Notes: generated from the sequence alone by a model not told the origin. A stretch of 64,000 nt of DNA from Mobula hypostoma (GCF_963921235.1 NC_086118.1:17796001-17860000); one strand, 5' to 3'; positions 26,241-39,270 are shown, counted from the first letter of the stretch. Translations and numbers: made by a program.

Positions 26241-27591
26241 CACCACATTCCAGAGGGTGGGGAATGCAGAGGGAGTATTTGGTAGTGAATTGAGGTGGGA
26301 TGGAGAGATGAACAGTGGGGAAGTTTTGAGTAGGGTGGTGAGAGGATTACTGAAGAGGATAACTATGGGAATGACATGGAGGAGGAGGTCAGAAGGCAGA
26401 AAAGATGATCAGCTGGTGACTAAAGGAATTATGGAGCTGGGTAGTGGGAAGAGATCTGAGGAGGCATGTGAGTATTGCCAAGCTTGGAGCATTTGGTATG
26501 ATCATTTGTTGAAGATCAATTTTTCAAATACCTGGCCGGGAGGCAGGCAAGGATAGACTTTTCAAGTGCCATTAGTTATGCATTGCACGTTCATGGACGT
26601 CCTCGTGTACTCAACAATTTTATGCAAAGAGATGTCGGTTAAATGTGTCCAAGTACATAATGCTAGTGTAAAGCACTTGGATGTGGTTACTGGTCAGGTT
26701 TTAAACAAACCTGAGAGGAGACACAAGAGCAAACAAATGCTGGAAACTGTCTCTTTTTCCCCATTAATGCTGCACATCCAGCATTTTATTTGCTGCTTTA
26801 AACAAACTTCATTCGCATAAAACCTTCTTAAAGCCTTCTTTAATAATTGAAAACACTTAACATGTGATGTGCAATAGATACTTTACAGAAAGTTGCTATT
26901 AGTACCTGAGACTGTGGTTGTTGGTTAAATCATTTGTTTAGAGCAGGTTTTGAGGAGAGTAAACCAATGGTAAGTTTCATTGCTAAAACAGGCACAGAAG
27001 TTATTGACAAATGCAAACTACTGCATCAGCTGGGAGCCTGAAATAAAAAGAGAATGTTAGGAATCTTCAATAGGTCAAGCAATATCTGTGAAGAGAGAAA
27101 TAGATTTAACATTTCTGGTCAACAACCTCTTGTCTGAGAGAAGATCATCAACCTGAAGTATTACCTCTGATTATCCACAGAAGTGTTCTGTGTTGTTCTG
27201 CCTGAAAGCTGGTTGATTGACCAGTCATTGATAGAATAAAGTGAGAACTGAACAGCGTGATTTTTTGAAGTAATTTGGATAACAACAAAGAGTTGTTAAT
27301 TGTAAGAAGGATCCTGTAGAAATCAGTGTCTAACATGCCCAATTGGCCTATATGAAGTTGAAATAACCCAAGAGAGGGCAGTCATGAACTCCATAGTAAG
27401 AAACAAAATATTTCCAATAAAACAGATGAATGTAAAATGTTCATCTATTTCCTCTTCTTTTTTCTCTGAGTTCCTCTCAGCTGCTAAGTCCTAGTTGTAC
27501 ATTTTCATTGAAGTCATGCATATAGGTGATGTAATAACATTGTCCTGCATGTGACCTAAGTACATTTGTTGGTGGGTCGCCTTCAATACAG

Positions 27592-28038
27592 ATCTCCTTC
27601 TACCTTAGGCCACAAACTTATCAATCACCCCTGATGAGTTATTAACTTCAAACTTTCTGCAAAATCACTCAAAGAGTTAAACTGCATATGCATGTAATGA
27701 GAGCCCTCTAACTTATCTCCTTCTACCTTAGGCCACAAACTTATCAATCACCCCTGACGAGTTATTAACCTCAAGCTTTCTGCATAATCACTCAAAGAGT
27801 TGAACTGCATGTGCATGTAACGAGAGCTGTATAACTCATCTCCTTCTACCTTAGGCCACGGACTTATCAATCACCCCTCCTGTGGGCACTTTCGGGCGGT
27901 CCAAGATCCGTATGCTCCACGACCGCTGGACTGAGTGTGTAAATGTAGGAGGGGACTATGTCGAAAAATAAATGTGCTAGGTTTTCTAAAATTGACTCCT
28001 TCTACCTTAGGCCAAAAACTTATCAATAACCCCTCGTA
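27592..28038 (+). mobile_element. Mariner right end with tandemly reiterated TIR
   Basis: ctccttctaccttaggcca...ttatcaat.acccct at 27592, 27715, 27838 and 27996; ends cccctcg+TA; transposase C-terminus MLHDRWTECVNVGGDYVEK* at 27912-27971. Confidence 0.85.
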
Positions 28039-28081
28039 TATTTGGAAGTGAAGATTAATGCGGATCTTGTTTGATTTTTAG

Positions 28082-28229
28082 GGATCTTATACATTAACCC
28101 TGCTGACCTTGGATGGAATCCTCCAGTTAGTAGCTGGATTGATAAGCGGGAGATCCAGTCAGAGAAAGCAAATCTAACCATTTTGTTTGATAAGTACCTA
28201 CCTTTGTGCCTGGACACCCTTAGGACAAG
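28082..28229 (+). CDS. DNAH9: Dynein heavy chain exon G
   Basis: tttttag|GG ATC...ACA AG|gtaagg; (G)[48 protein letters not shown](R). Confidence 0.97.
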
Positions 28230-28250
28230 GTAAGGAAAACAAAGGATAAG

Positions 28251-31200
28251 TGTTATGTCTCATAACTCCAGACCCTAATCAAAAGAAAAGCACAGGAGGT
28301 GTGATATTTATCTACTTTTCTTTTCCATTTTTTTAGTGAGGTACTCACATAGGACATGGTGGCATAATGACATATGCCATTCATGAACTTCTTCCATATA
28401 ACCTGTAATGAATTAAGTAAACAAAGAAATAATGCTTAATCAATGCAATGATTTTTAAATTACTCAAGTATTACTGATATATTAAATACACAGCACTCCT
28501 CCCTGCTTAGCTATAAACTTCAACTCAATTTAGAATGCATCTCAACTCAAATATTTAATGTATTGCTCTCTAGATATCTTATATATACTATATAATACAC
28601 CTACTATATAGAAATGCACAGCATCGCAAATTTTTAAATTGTCCCATTCAGACTTTTAAGATTTACTCACCATGGAGGATTTCTTTCTCCTGTGGCATAA
28701 TGTCTTTCCTGCCAAGGTGGGGTTACTCTGCTTGTCCTGTGGGACTTGTGGTTGTGAAACAATATCAGGTTCTGGGGTCTTCTCCGTAGTAGAAGTGGTT
28801 CTGGCAGCTCTGGACACCTTTCTTCTCTAACAATTGGCTGCTCTCCTCAGCTGATCGATGTGGCATCTCCAGATGACATCAGGCACAATCTCCACTGTGT
28901 TGGAGGTCCAGTTCTGTCCTTAATCTTTACAAGTAGCCACTTTTAATTATTTCTGTAGTACCTCGCGAGGACTGTTTGTCCAAGAGTGAAATATCAAACC
29001 TCCTTGTCTGAGGAGCCCTCAATTTGTCTCAACTGTTTGCCTTGCATACCCCTTCTGAGACTTGGTTTGAGGAGATCTAAGGGTTGAGTGCAAGGGGTGA
29101 CCCAGGTTGGTTGTAGAGTGTGTTGCATTGTAGTATGGAAAGAGGAAATTGGCGAGTTTCTTATTCAATGTAGTGTGTTTTGCTGATGTTGCTCGCAGTG
29201 CATTCTTTAGACCCTGGGCAAACCTCTCCAACAAGCTATTTGTTGCTGGGTGGTAGGGTGCAGATGTAATATGTCTTAATTCATTCATTTTCGGCGTTGA
29301 CAGAAATTGTTCCACAACATAGTGTTGTCCATTATCACTGACTTAGTGTTCTGGAACACCAATCCTTGAGAAGAAACTTCTCAACACATCAACAGTGTGT
29401 GAGGCTCTGGTGGAGGCGATTGGGAACACTTCTGGCTACTTTGTATCTGTATTCAGTACTACAAAGAAATTTGTGCCCATAAATGGTCCAGCAAAATCTA
29501 CATGAATCCTCTGCCAGGGAGATGCTGGCCATTCTCAGGGATGGAGTGACACTTCTCTTGGCACCTTCTGGATGTGTAGGTATCCTGAATGGTGTATGAC
29601 AATCTGCTCGATCTGCTGGTCTATTCCAGGCCACCAGACAAAACTTCAAGCTCACACTTTCAATTTCACCACACCTAGATGAGCAACGTATCATTCCTCC
29701 AACAGTTTAGCTGTCAGCTTGAATAGTACGACAACTCTCAATCCCAACATAAGGCAACCCCTGCCAAGGGCAAATTCATCCCAGCGCAAGTAAAAAGGAT
29801 GGAACTGGAATATCTGTTGCACATTCCTGCCATTTTGGGTTACCATGTAGACCTGAGACAGTGTGGGGTCTTTTCTAGTTTCCCTTTGGATCACCACAGC
29901 TGCAATAGGGAGACCTATGATTTGCATTAGGGAGAATATGTCAAGAGAAGTGTCCACATTTGTAAATTTTCAGGTATTTCCTTTTTCAATGGTAAATTCA
30001 TCAGCATTTCCATGATTAGCTGTCATCTTGAGTTCACCCCAAACCAGACTCAAGGCCTGTCTGTAATTTGTGTGTAACTTTTCTCTACAGCAATAAGGGA
30101 ATGTAATGCAAAGGCTATGAATTTTCTCAACACATTTCTCTAATCCTTGTGTGTCAATAGTGTGACCACAGTAAGTGACTGTTGGTTTAAAGAATTCACA
30201 CTTGTTGCATTGCGGTTTGCGTCCATAATCTTCTAATCTTATTAACATTGTCTTGAGATTTTGGAGATGTTCTTTGTCATCCTTATGGTAACAATGATGT
30301 CATTCAGTTAGCACTGAGTGTCTGGGCAGCCTTGCAGCATCTGGTCCATAGCTATCTGGCAGAGTGTAGGTGCAGATGCTACTCTAAAAATAAGCCTATT
30401 CTAGCAATAAAGTCCTTTGTGAGTGTTTACGGTGAGAAGGACTTTGTGTTCTTTTTCCATTTCTATGTGCCTCACCTAGGTCCACTTTGCTGAAGCATTT
30501 CCTTCCAGAAAGGTTTGTATAGATACCCTCTATCCTGGGCAGACGGTATTGACCTACTCTCAGTATTGGGTTGATGGTGACATTAATCTTGACAGATCTT
30601 GACAAGGCCATTCTCCTTGGCTACTAGTGGCACACCACTAGTCACAGGCCTCCACTCAGAGAACCAATCCTCCACTACCACTCTCTGGCTTCTTCCATTG
30701 AGCTAATGTCTAATCCATTTACTACCTCTCCATGTATACCTAGTGACTGAATCTCCCTAACTAACCTCCTATGCGGGACCTTGTCAAAGGCCTTACTGAA
30801 GTCCATGTAGACAACATCCACTGACTTACCTTCATCCACTTTACTGGTAACCTCCTCGAAAAACTCTAATAGATTTGTTAAACATGACCTACCTTGCACA
30901 AAGCCATGTTGACTCTCCCTAATAAGTCCCTGTCTATCCAAATACTTGTAGATCCTATCTCTTAGTACTCCTTCTAATAATTTACCTACTACCGACATCA
31001 AACTTACTGGCCTATAATTTCCCGGATTACTTTTAGAGGCTTTTTTAAACAACGGAACAACATGAGCTATTCACCCGTAGATACCGGCATTTTAATTATA
31101 TCTTCCAGGGCCCCTGTAATTTCAACACTAGTCTCCTTCAAGGTCTGAGGGAATACCCTGTCAGGTTCTGGGGATTTATCTACTCTGATTTGCCTCAAGA

Positions 31201-34200
31201 TAGCAAGCACCTCTTCCTCTTCAATCTGTATAAGGTCCATGACCTCACTACTTGTTTGCCTTATTTCCGTTGACTCCATGCCAGTTTCCTTAGTAAATAC
31301 AGACGCAAAAAACCCATTTAAGATCTTCCCCATTTCTTTTGGTTCCATACATAGCCGACCACTCTGATCTTCAAGAGGACCAATTTTATCCCTTACTATC
31401 CTTTTGCTCTAATATAGCTGTAGAAGCTCTTTGGATTATCCTTCACCTTGACTGCCAAAGCAACCTCATGCTTCTTTTAGCCCTCCTAATTTCTTTCTTA
31501 AGCTTTTTTTTGCACTTTTATACTCCTCAAGCACCTTAGTTGTTCCCTATTTCCTATGCATGTCATACATCTCTCTCTTCTTCTTTATCAGAGTTGCAAT
31601 ATCCCTTGAGAACCAAGGTTCCTTATTCTTATTCACTTTGCCTTTAATCCTGACAGGAACATACAAACTCAGCACGCTCAAAATTTCTCCTTTGATGGCC
31701 TCCCACTTACCAATCACATCCTTGCCAGAGAACAACCTGTCCCAATCCATGCTTTTTAGATCCTTTCTCATTTCTTCAAATTTGGCCTTTTTCCAGTTTA
31801 GAACCTCAACCTGAGGAGCAAATCTATCTTTATCCATGATCAAGTTGAAACTAATGGTATTATGATCACTGGAACTAAAGTGTTCCCCTACACATACTTC
31901 TGTCACTTGTCCTAACTCATTTCCTAATAGGAGATCTAATATTGCATCCCCTCTAGTTGGTATTTCTATATATTGATTTAGAAAACTTTCCTGAACACAT
32001 TTTACAAACTCTAACCCTTCTAGACCTTTAACAGTATGGGAGTCCCAATCAATATGTGGAAAATTAAAATCCCCTACTATCACAACTTTATGTTTCCTGC
32101 AGTTGTTTGCTATCTCTCTGCAGATTTGCTCCTCCAATTCTCACTGACTATTGGGTAGTCTATAATACAACCCCATTAATGTGGTCATACCTTTTCTGTT
32201 TCTCAGCTCCACCCATGTGGCCTCAGTAGACACCCCCTCTAATCTGTCCTGCCTGAGCCCTGCTGTAACATTTTCCCTGACCGGCAATGCCACCCGCCCC
32301 CCCCACCCCACCCTTCATTCCTCTGCCTCTATCACGTCTGAAACATTGGAACCCTGGATCATTAAGCTACCAGTCCTGCCCCTTCTGTAGCCAAGTTTCA
32401 CTAATGGCTATAATATCGTAATTCCATGTGTCAATCCACGCCCTCAGATCGTCAGCCTTCCCCACAATACACCTTGCATTGAAATAGACACACCTCAGAA
32501 GATTATTACCACCACACACAACCCTTCTATTTGTGGCATTGCATGAACTTTTAACATCATTCATTTTCACCCCCGCTCCACTATCTGCTCTGGCACTCTG
32601 GTTCCAATCCCCCTGCATATCTAGTTTAAACCCTCCCCAATAGCACTAACAAACCTCCCTGCAAAGATATTGGTCCCCTTGTAGTTCAGGTGTAACCCAT
32701 CACTCTTGTACAGGTCCCACCTGCCCCAGAAGAGGTCCCAATGATCTTGAAATCTGAAACCCTGCTTCCTGCACGAGTTCCTCAGCCACGTGTTAATCCA
32801 CCAGAGCATCCTATTCTTCCCCTAACTTGCACGTAGCACAGGTAGCAGTCCTGAGATTACCACCCTCGCAGTCCTGCTGTTTAACTTCCTACGAAGCTCT
32901 CTATACTCACTCTTCGGGACCTCCTCACTCTTTCTTCCTATGTCATTGGTACCGATGTGTAGCATGACATCTGGCTGATCACCCTCCCACTTCAGAATGC
33001 TGTGCTTGCGATCAGAAACATCCCTGACCTTGGCACCCGGGAGGCAACAAACCATCCGGGAGTCTCTGTCTCGGCCACAGAATCTCCTTTCTGTACCTTG
33101 AACTATCGAGTCCCCTATCACTACCACTCTCCTTTTCTTCCACCCTCCCTTCTGCACTGCAGAACCAGACTCAGTGCCAGAGATCCGGCTGCCGCAGCTT
33201 GTCCCAGGTAAGTCATCCCCCCCACCAACAGTATCCAAATCTTGTTGAGGGGAATGGCCACAGGGGAACCCTGCTCTGCCTGCCCTTTCCTCTTCCCTCG
33301 CCTGACGGTAACCCAATTACCTGTGGGCTGCTCCTTTGGCGTAACTACCTCCTTGAAGCTACTATCTATAAACTCCTCATTCCCCCGAATGATTCGGAGG
33401 TCATCCAGCTCCTGCTGCAGTTCCCTAATGTGGCTTGTTAGGAGCTGCAGCTGGATGCACTTCTTGCAGGTGTTGTCACGGAGACTGGAGGTCTCCCTGA
33501 CTTCCCACATCCTGCAAGAGGAGCATTCCAACATTCTGTCTGGCATTCTCTCTACTCTAAACAATCTGGACAAAAAATTTACCGGAACCTACCCTGGCCT
33601 CTGCCTGTTCTTGCCAAAGCCTGTTGAGCCAAAGCCATCCCACTCTGCTCCCTCTCACTCCGCTGCCTGCTCTCAACGCTGCCCACTGTATATGGTGATC
33701 TTTTTTTAAACCTTTGGCGCTCTACATCACGTGCCTGTGCAGTCTAGCCTCTTTGCCCTGAGCAGTGTAAAAAACGGACTTACCTCCGAGATTCCTTTAC
33801 TCCTTCGCTCTCAGCCTCTTGCTCCAATTTAAAAAAAAGACAGTTGAAAATTCTGCTCCTTTTTAAACTTTGGCGCTCTACGTCATGCGCCTGTGAAGTC
33901 TAGCCTCTTTTCCCCGAGCAGAGTAAAAAAAATGACTTATCTTCGAGATTCCTTTACTCCTTCTCTCTCAGCCTCTTGCTCCGATTTCATTGATACAGCA
34001 ATTTCAACTGCTGTCTTAAATGTGTGTTGTGCTTCAGTTAAGAGCTGTTTTTGAATGTTTTCTTGTAATATTTCACAAACTAAGCAATCTCTCAGTGCGT
34101 CATAAAGCTCGTCACTCAACTGAGAATGCTTGGACAATTTCTTCAATTCGGTCACGTAATCTGAAATGGTCTCCCATTCCTTTTCATTCCGCTTATGAAA

Positions 34201-34860
34201 CCTAAAGTGTTCTCCAATTAACAATGGTTTCAGTTCCTTATGTTCCTGCATTACATTCAGAATGACAGCAAAGCTCATTTTGGCAGGTTTAGTTGGAGCA
34301 GTTGAACTTTTAAGCGAACTGTAAACTTTTCCACCTGTTAAACTCAGTAACGCTGGTGCTCATTCCTCATTGGCTATCTCTTTTACTTCATAATACTTCT
34401 CAATTTGTTTGGTATACATCATTCAGTTGTTTGTGATGCAATTGAACACATCTGTTTTTCTGATGAAGACTTATTATTAATATCATTTGGTACTCATTGT
34501 TTATGTTCCTTCATTGATTGTTAATTTTGTCCCTTTTCTGCCTTTTTTAACTCGAGCATCACTCTCTCCAGAAGTAAAAATGTGCTGCGTTTCAATAGGT
34601 TGGTAGTAATCTCAGGTTTGTTTAAAAACTACGTCCTCACCACAACTATGTTTTGTAACTCCAGAAATCAATCAAAAGGAAAACACTGGAGCCATGAAAT
34701 GTGTCTACTTAATTTTTCTTTTAGAGAGGCGCTCACATATGGTGATGGTACAATGACATATGTCATTTACCTACTGCTTACAAGTAATCTGTAATGAAAT
34801 ATGTAATCAAAAAGGAATACTTTATCATACAATAAATTTACAATATTGCTCAATATTAGT
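28251..34860 (-). mobile_element. Decayed Ty3/Gypsy LTR retrotransposon, split by a CR1
   Basis: LTR 28251-28495 (TG...CA) with adjacent polypurine tract; diverged second LTR about 34645-34860 beside a PBS-like motif; gag (FRFHKRN..ETISDYVTELKKL), RT (LPRIEGIYTNLSGRKCFSKVDL; KCEFFKPTVTYCGH), integrase (HITSAPYHPATNSLLERF). Confidence 0.9.
30625..33985 (-). mobile_element. CR1 LINE with 5'UTR, ORF1 (zinc finger plus SGNH esterase) and ORF2 (APE endonuclease plus RT N-half); 3' end missing
   Basis: ECSSCRMWE..CKKC; VVVIGDSIV...HIGTNDIG; CVYFNAR..IIAISETWL; VIVGDFNFPHIDW; PGNYRPVSL..YMDFSKAFDKVPH. Confidence 0.95.
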
Positions 34861-35483
34861 GGAAGTCTTGCGAAGGTAAGGGGTAAAATGAATGCAGCAC
34901 AATGCAGGGAAATCTTGGTGGAAAACCTGATGCAGTCTGCAAGAGAACTACAACCTGGGAGAAGATTTGTTTCCAGGCAATGATGACCCCAAGCATAAAG
35001 CCAAAGCTACACAAGAAAGGCTTAAGTACAACAAAGTTAATCTCTGGAGTGGCCAAGTCAGAGTCCTCAATTGAATTGAGAATTTGTGGCTGGACTTGGA
35101 AAGGGCTATTTCATCATGATCCCCATGAAATCTGACAGAGCTTGAGCAGTTTTGTAAAGATGAATGGGGGAAAATTGCAGTTACCTGATGTGCAAGCTGA
35201 TGGAGACTGATCCACAGAAACTCAAGGTTGTAATTACTGCCAAAGATGCATCTACAAAATACTGACTTGAAGGTGGTGGTTAAATATGCAATCAATTATT
35301 TTGTGTTTAATAATCTTTGTAATAAATTTTGGCTAATTTGTAGAAACCTGTTTTCACTTTGACATGAAGGAGTCTTTTATGTTGATCAATGTCAAAAAAA
35401 AAATTAAATCCACTGTGATTTAATGTTGTAAAACAATAAAACATAAAAACTTCCAAGGGGTTGAATACTTTTTATAGGCACTG
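34861..35483 (+). mobile_element. Tc1 transposon 3' half
   Basis: Catalytic-region remnant; long inverted-repeat end ...gaatactttttataggcactg; reverse complement of about 42690-43310. Confidence 0.85.
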
Positions 35484-35558
35484 AATTTCCTTGATGGTGG
35501 GTAGGCTGCTGCAGTTATTATTAATTTATTATTATTATTATTCAACTGATATCTGCAG

Positions 35559-35733
35559 GTTTAAGAAGATCATCCCCGTTCCAGAACAGAGCATGGTCCA
35601 GATGCTTTGCTATTTGCTGGAGTGTTTGCTGACTAAAGAAAATACACCTGCAGACTCCCCCAAGGAACTCTATGAACTCTATTTCATTTTTGCCACAATC
35701 TGGGCCTTTGGTGGTGCTTTATTTCAAGACCAG
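35559..35733 (+). CDS. DNAH9: Dynein heavy chain exon H
   Basis: ctgcag|G TTT...CAG|gtgagt; [24 protein letters not shown]...[12 protein letters not shown]. Confidence 0.96.
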
Positions 35734-37154
35734 GTGAGTTCATCCTTCCAAATTGAAAGTTCATTCAGATTGATGTACCCGATATGGATCTTGGAGTGCT
35801 TAACAATTTGAACAAATGAAACCAATTTACAGTAATGTACGGCCAACTGAAATACCACAAATCACTTTCAAAATATTATGTGATTTTAAAAAATTGTTTC
35901 TTCAACAAGTCCCTTTTCCCTTTGTGAGGAGACAATATAGGCTTTATGTCAGTGACAAAAAGAGTGTAGATGATTAGCCCCGTAAAGGGTTTTTACCCAG
36001 AGGGTGATGAATACCTAGAATGTGCTGCTTGAGAAGGTGTCAGAAGCAGAACACTAGATGAGCACTGGAATTGTGTCGGCATTGAAGACTTCGGCGCAAG
36101 TGCTGGAAAATGGGAATAATATGGATTTATGCTCACTAGTCAGAAAGGGCGCAGTGGGCTGCATGATCTGCTTCCATGCTGTATGGCTCTGTGACTTGAA
36201 GTTAGCCCACTGCTGTATGCCTCATCAAAATATAAGTTTGATGATAAATGGTTACTGGAAGAACTGAGACTTCAATGTCACATCAGTCCACTATCAACAT
36301 CTAAATATAGGAGTTTTGGTAACTCTTTGTGTCCAAGCGCACTGTGTGCGATATTGCAAGTCGCATATGCGTGAGAGCTGCTGATTCAGTGTGAATGGTG
36401 CCCCACTGGCTTTTGTGAATGGCAGTCGGTGGAACAGTTGGTGCAGATAGATCAGCAGCGCGTTGTGTTTATGGAAAAATGAAGACAATGAGAATCATTT
36501 GGAATATTAACACAATCAGCCCTTTCCTCAACAAATTTAAATTTTGCTATTCAGTCCTGCCCTTAAAGCTACCAGCTATTTGATTATCAGCAATATTCTA
36601 ACATTTTCTTTTACAACCACCCATGTAATTCCATTGTAGGAACGTTTTATTCTCATGAAACTATCCTTCCTCATTTCTGATAATTCAGAGCTGTTTTTTA
36701 GGTAATGCTGAAAGCCGCATACAGACGTTCCTGAACATGTGGGCCAAGTGGACTCCGAGTCATACTGGGACAAATTTGAGGGCCCATGCAGGAGATGCAC
36801 CTGATCTAAGACATTCCATAGCATTTATTGTTATTCTTTCTCACTCTCTGCCTTTGTTAATCCAACAATTTAAACCCATGATAATCTTGTCCTTATCCTG
36901 TCAGTGTCTTTAAACTCTATTCAAGCTATTTCCTGTCTATCCTTCCCCAGCACCCTATCCAACTTGAAACTGACTTATTTTCTTCCATTCCCAATTCTGC
37001 TGAAACATTAACTCCCCATTCCACAGGTGCTGCCTAAACAGCTGTGTTTCGGGGATTTTCTGTTATTTCTGGTTGCCCAAGTGTGAGTACATTTAAGTAT
37101 GATGAAAGCTTCTCTCTTCACGATCTTAGTGAGTCAGTTCCAGGTCCCATTGAA

Positions 37155-37480
37155 GGCAGTTCTATAGCACAGCAGGTAGAGCCGCTGCCTTACAGTGCAA
37201 GGGAATCCAGGTTCCATCTTGATCTCGGATGCCGTCTCTGTTGAGTTTGCAGCTTCTCTCTGTGACTTTGTGGGTTTCCTGTGATTTCCAAAAGTGTATA
37301 GATTGTTATGTAATTATCCACACTAAAATTGCCACTTTGTGTTGGTGAGTAGTAAATCCTGGGAGAGTTGTTGAGAATGTGGAGAGAATAAAAAAACTAG
37401 GATTAATATAGGATTATTGTAAATACATGGTTAATGGTTGGTGCACAGTCAGTGTGTTGAAGGACCTATTTTTATGTAAC
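37155..37480 (+). mobile_element. tRNA-derived SINE (elasmobranch HE1-like)
   Basis: tagcacagcaggtagagccgctgcc..ggttccatc..gagtttgca..tgggtttcc. Confidence 0.6.
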
Positions 37481-38099
37481 ATCTTTCGAAAGCTTCAGAT
37501 TTTTGTTGGGGAATCCTCCATAACTGCACGTCTGTTAATTGCTATCAACTCATGTAAAAATTTGCTCTCCTCAGTTTTGTTCTGTCTCCGAATTCAAATA
37601 GATTTGATAGTTCCCCATATCTAAGCCTGCTAACATTTTATTTAGGTCAAAGAAATCTTCCTCTGGTTGATTAAAAAGCAGTTTCAGCCTCGCTATAAAC
37701 ATAATGGATTCTGCAGATGTTGGAAATCCAGAGTAACAAGCATAAAATACTGGAAGAACATAGCAGGTCAGACATCACCTGTGGAGGGACAGAAATAGCC
37801 AACGCTAAACAGTGATGTTTAGCTTAGTTACTTTCTCCCTTTAACTACTCTCTCCCTATAATGAAAGTTCTCTAGCTCTGGCTGGGTTCTAAGCAGTTCA
37901 ATGCAGTCTTGTTATTCATTAAAGTAGTAGAAACCAGAGGCATAGGGAGGGGGAGCTTTCTACATGGGCAACAGCTTGCTCTCCATATCGTACTGCCCAG
38001 GCTTGCGTATCTAGACAGCTAGGATGCAATATCCATGGTCAACTAAGACTGGCAGAGGCCCTCACTCAGTGGACACCAAATGATCTGGAGTGTCATTGC

Positions 38100-39270
38100 T
38101 GAAAATTTCCCAGTATTGACTGGGTTTGTCTTAGTGCAAGGAGATGGTGTAAAATTTGTTAAGTGCAAGAAAGTCCTTTGCAACAAGCTGTTGAGAACCT
38201 GATGAGGGACAGGGTAGAACTTGACCTTATTTGAATAGTTGACACTAAGCCAGTGGAGAACACTTTGAAAACATGATTATAATACTGCAAATTTCAGAGT
38301 TGGTCTTCAAGTTAAGATCTTGGATCTGGGGAAGGCTAATATCAGTCAGTTAAGAAAGCTGCTTTTAAAATAGCTTAGGAACTGATGCTTGCAGGTGATA
38401 TAATGAGTCTTTGAAAGAGAGTGAGTAAGTATTCAGGGCCAGCAGCTTCCAGTCAAGATAAGGACAGCAATTTTAGGGAACCTTGAATGACAAAGGATAA
38501 TGGAATTTTGATCAGAAAAAGGAAGCTTCTGGCATGTAAAGGCTACTGGAATTGGTGGAATCCCATAAGAATATTGAGTGGTTTAGAGAGAATTTAAGAA
38601 AGAAATCAGGAGACCATAAATAGACCATGAAATATTCTTGCATGTAAGGTTAAGGAAAATCCCAGGACATTCTATGAATATATCAGGAAGAAGAGGATAG
38701 GCAGGGCAAGAATGGGACCCTTTAAGGAGCAAGAAGGTCATCTACCTTGGATCCAGGCAGTAAGGAACACTCATTTGTATTCACGAAATAGAAGGACATC
38801 GGAGGTAGTGAGTTTAGGGGTGAGATTGTTCATAATCAGGATCAAGTTAGTACGAAGATTGAGGTGGTGTTTGAAATCATGAACATAAAGTTGGTAAATC
38901 CACAGGGCTGGCCAATATCAATTGCAGAGATGAGGTTGCTGGGACCTTGGTAGGAAGCTTTGTGTCTTTGTTAGCCATGATTGAGGAAATATAAGACTGG
39001 ACAATATGTGATATTCTTCTATTTTTCCCAGAAGGGCAAGAGGGATAAGCCAGGTAACTACAGGTAGGAGAACCTTACTTAAATTGGAGGGAAACTACTG
39101 AAAAAATCCTAATGGATAGAATTTATACACATTTGAATCATGGATAGTGAACATGGTATAGTCCGGGGCAAATCCTGTTTTATGTGAGTGTTTTGATGAG
39201 GCAACTAAGAAAATCAATGAAAGGTAAGATGGTAAACGTTGTCTGCATAGACTTCAAGAAGGCATCTGGT
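38100..39270 (+). mobile_element. Old CR1 ORF2 remnant
   Basis: gataagccaggtaactacagg (KPGNYR), gacttcaagaaggc (DFKKA); many stops. Confidence 0.65.

Noticed and set aside
27631..27780. Hammerhead-like CTGATGA/CTGACGA in the tandem units
   Set aside because: No GAAA after the short stem (ttcaaac, ctcaagc); the motif is a by-product of the unit junction.
27592..28038. CRISPR-like array (four ~41-nt direct repeats)
   Set aside because: Spacers resemble each other, the repeat is a mariner TIR next to a transposase C-terminus, there are no cas genes and the DNA is vertebrate.
32621..33316. Stand-alone SGNH/GDSL esterase gene
   Set aside because: It is the known esterase domain of CR1 ORF1, broken by a frameshift and a stop.
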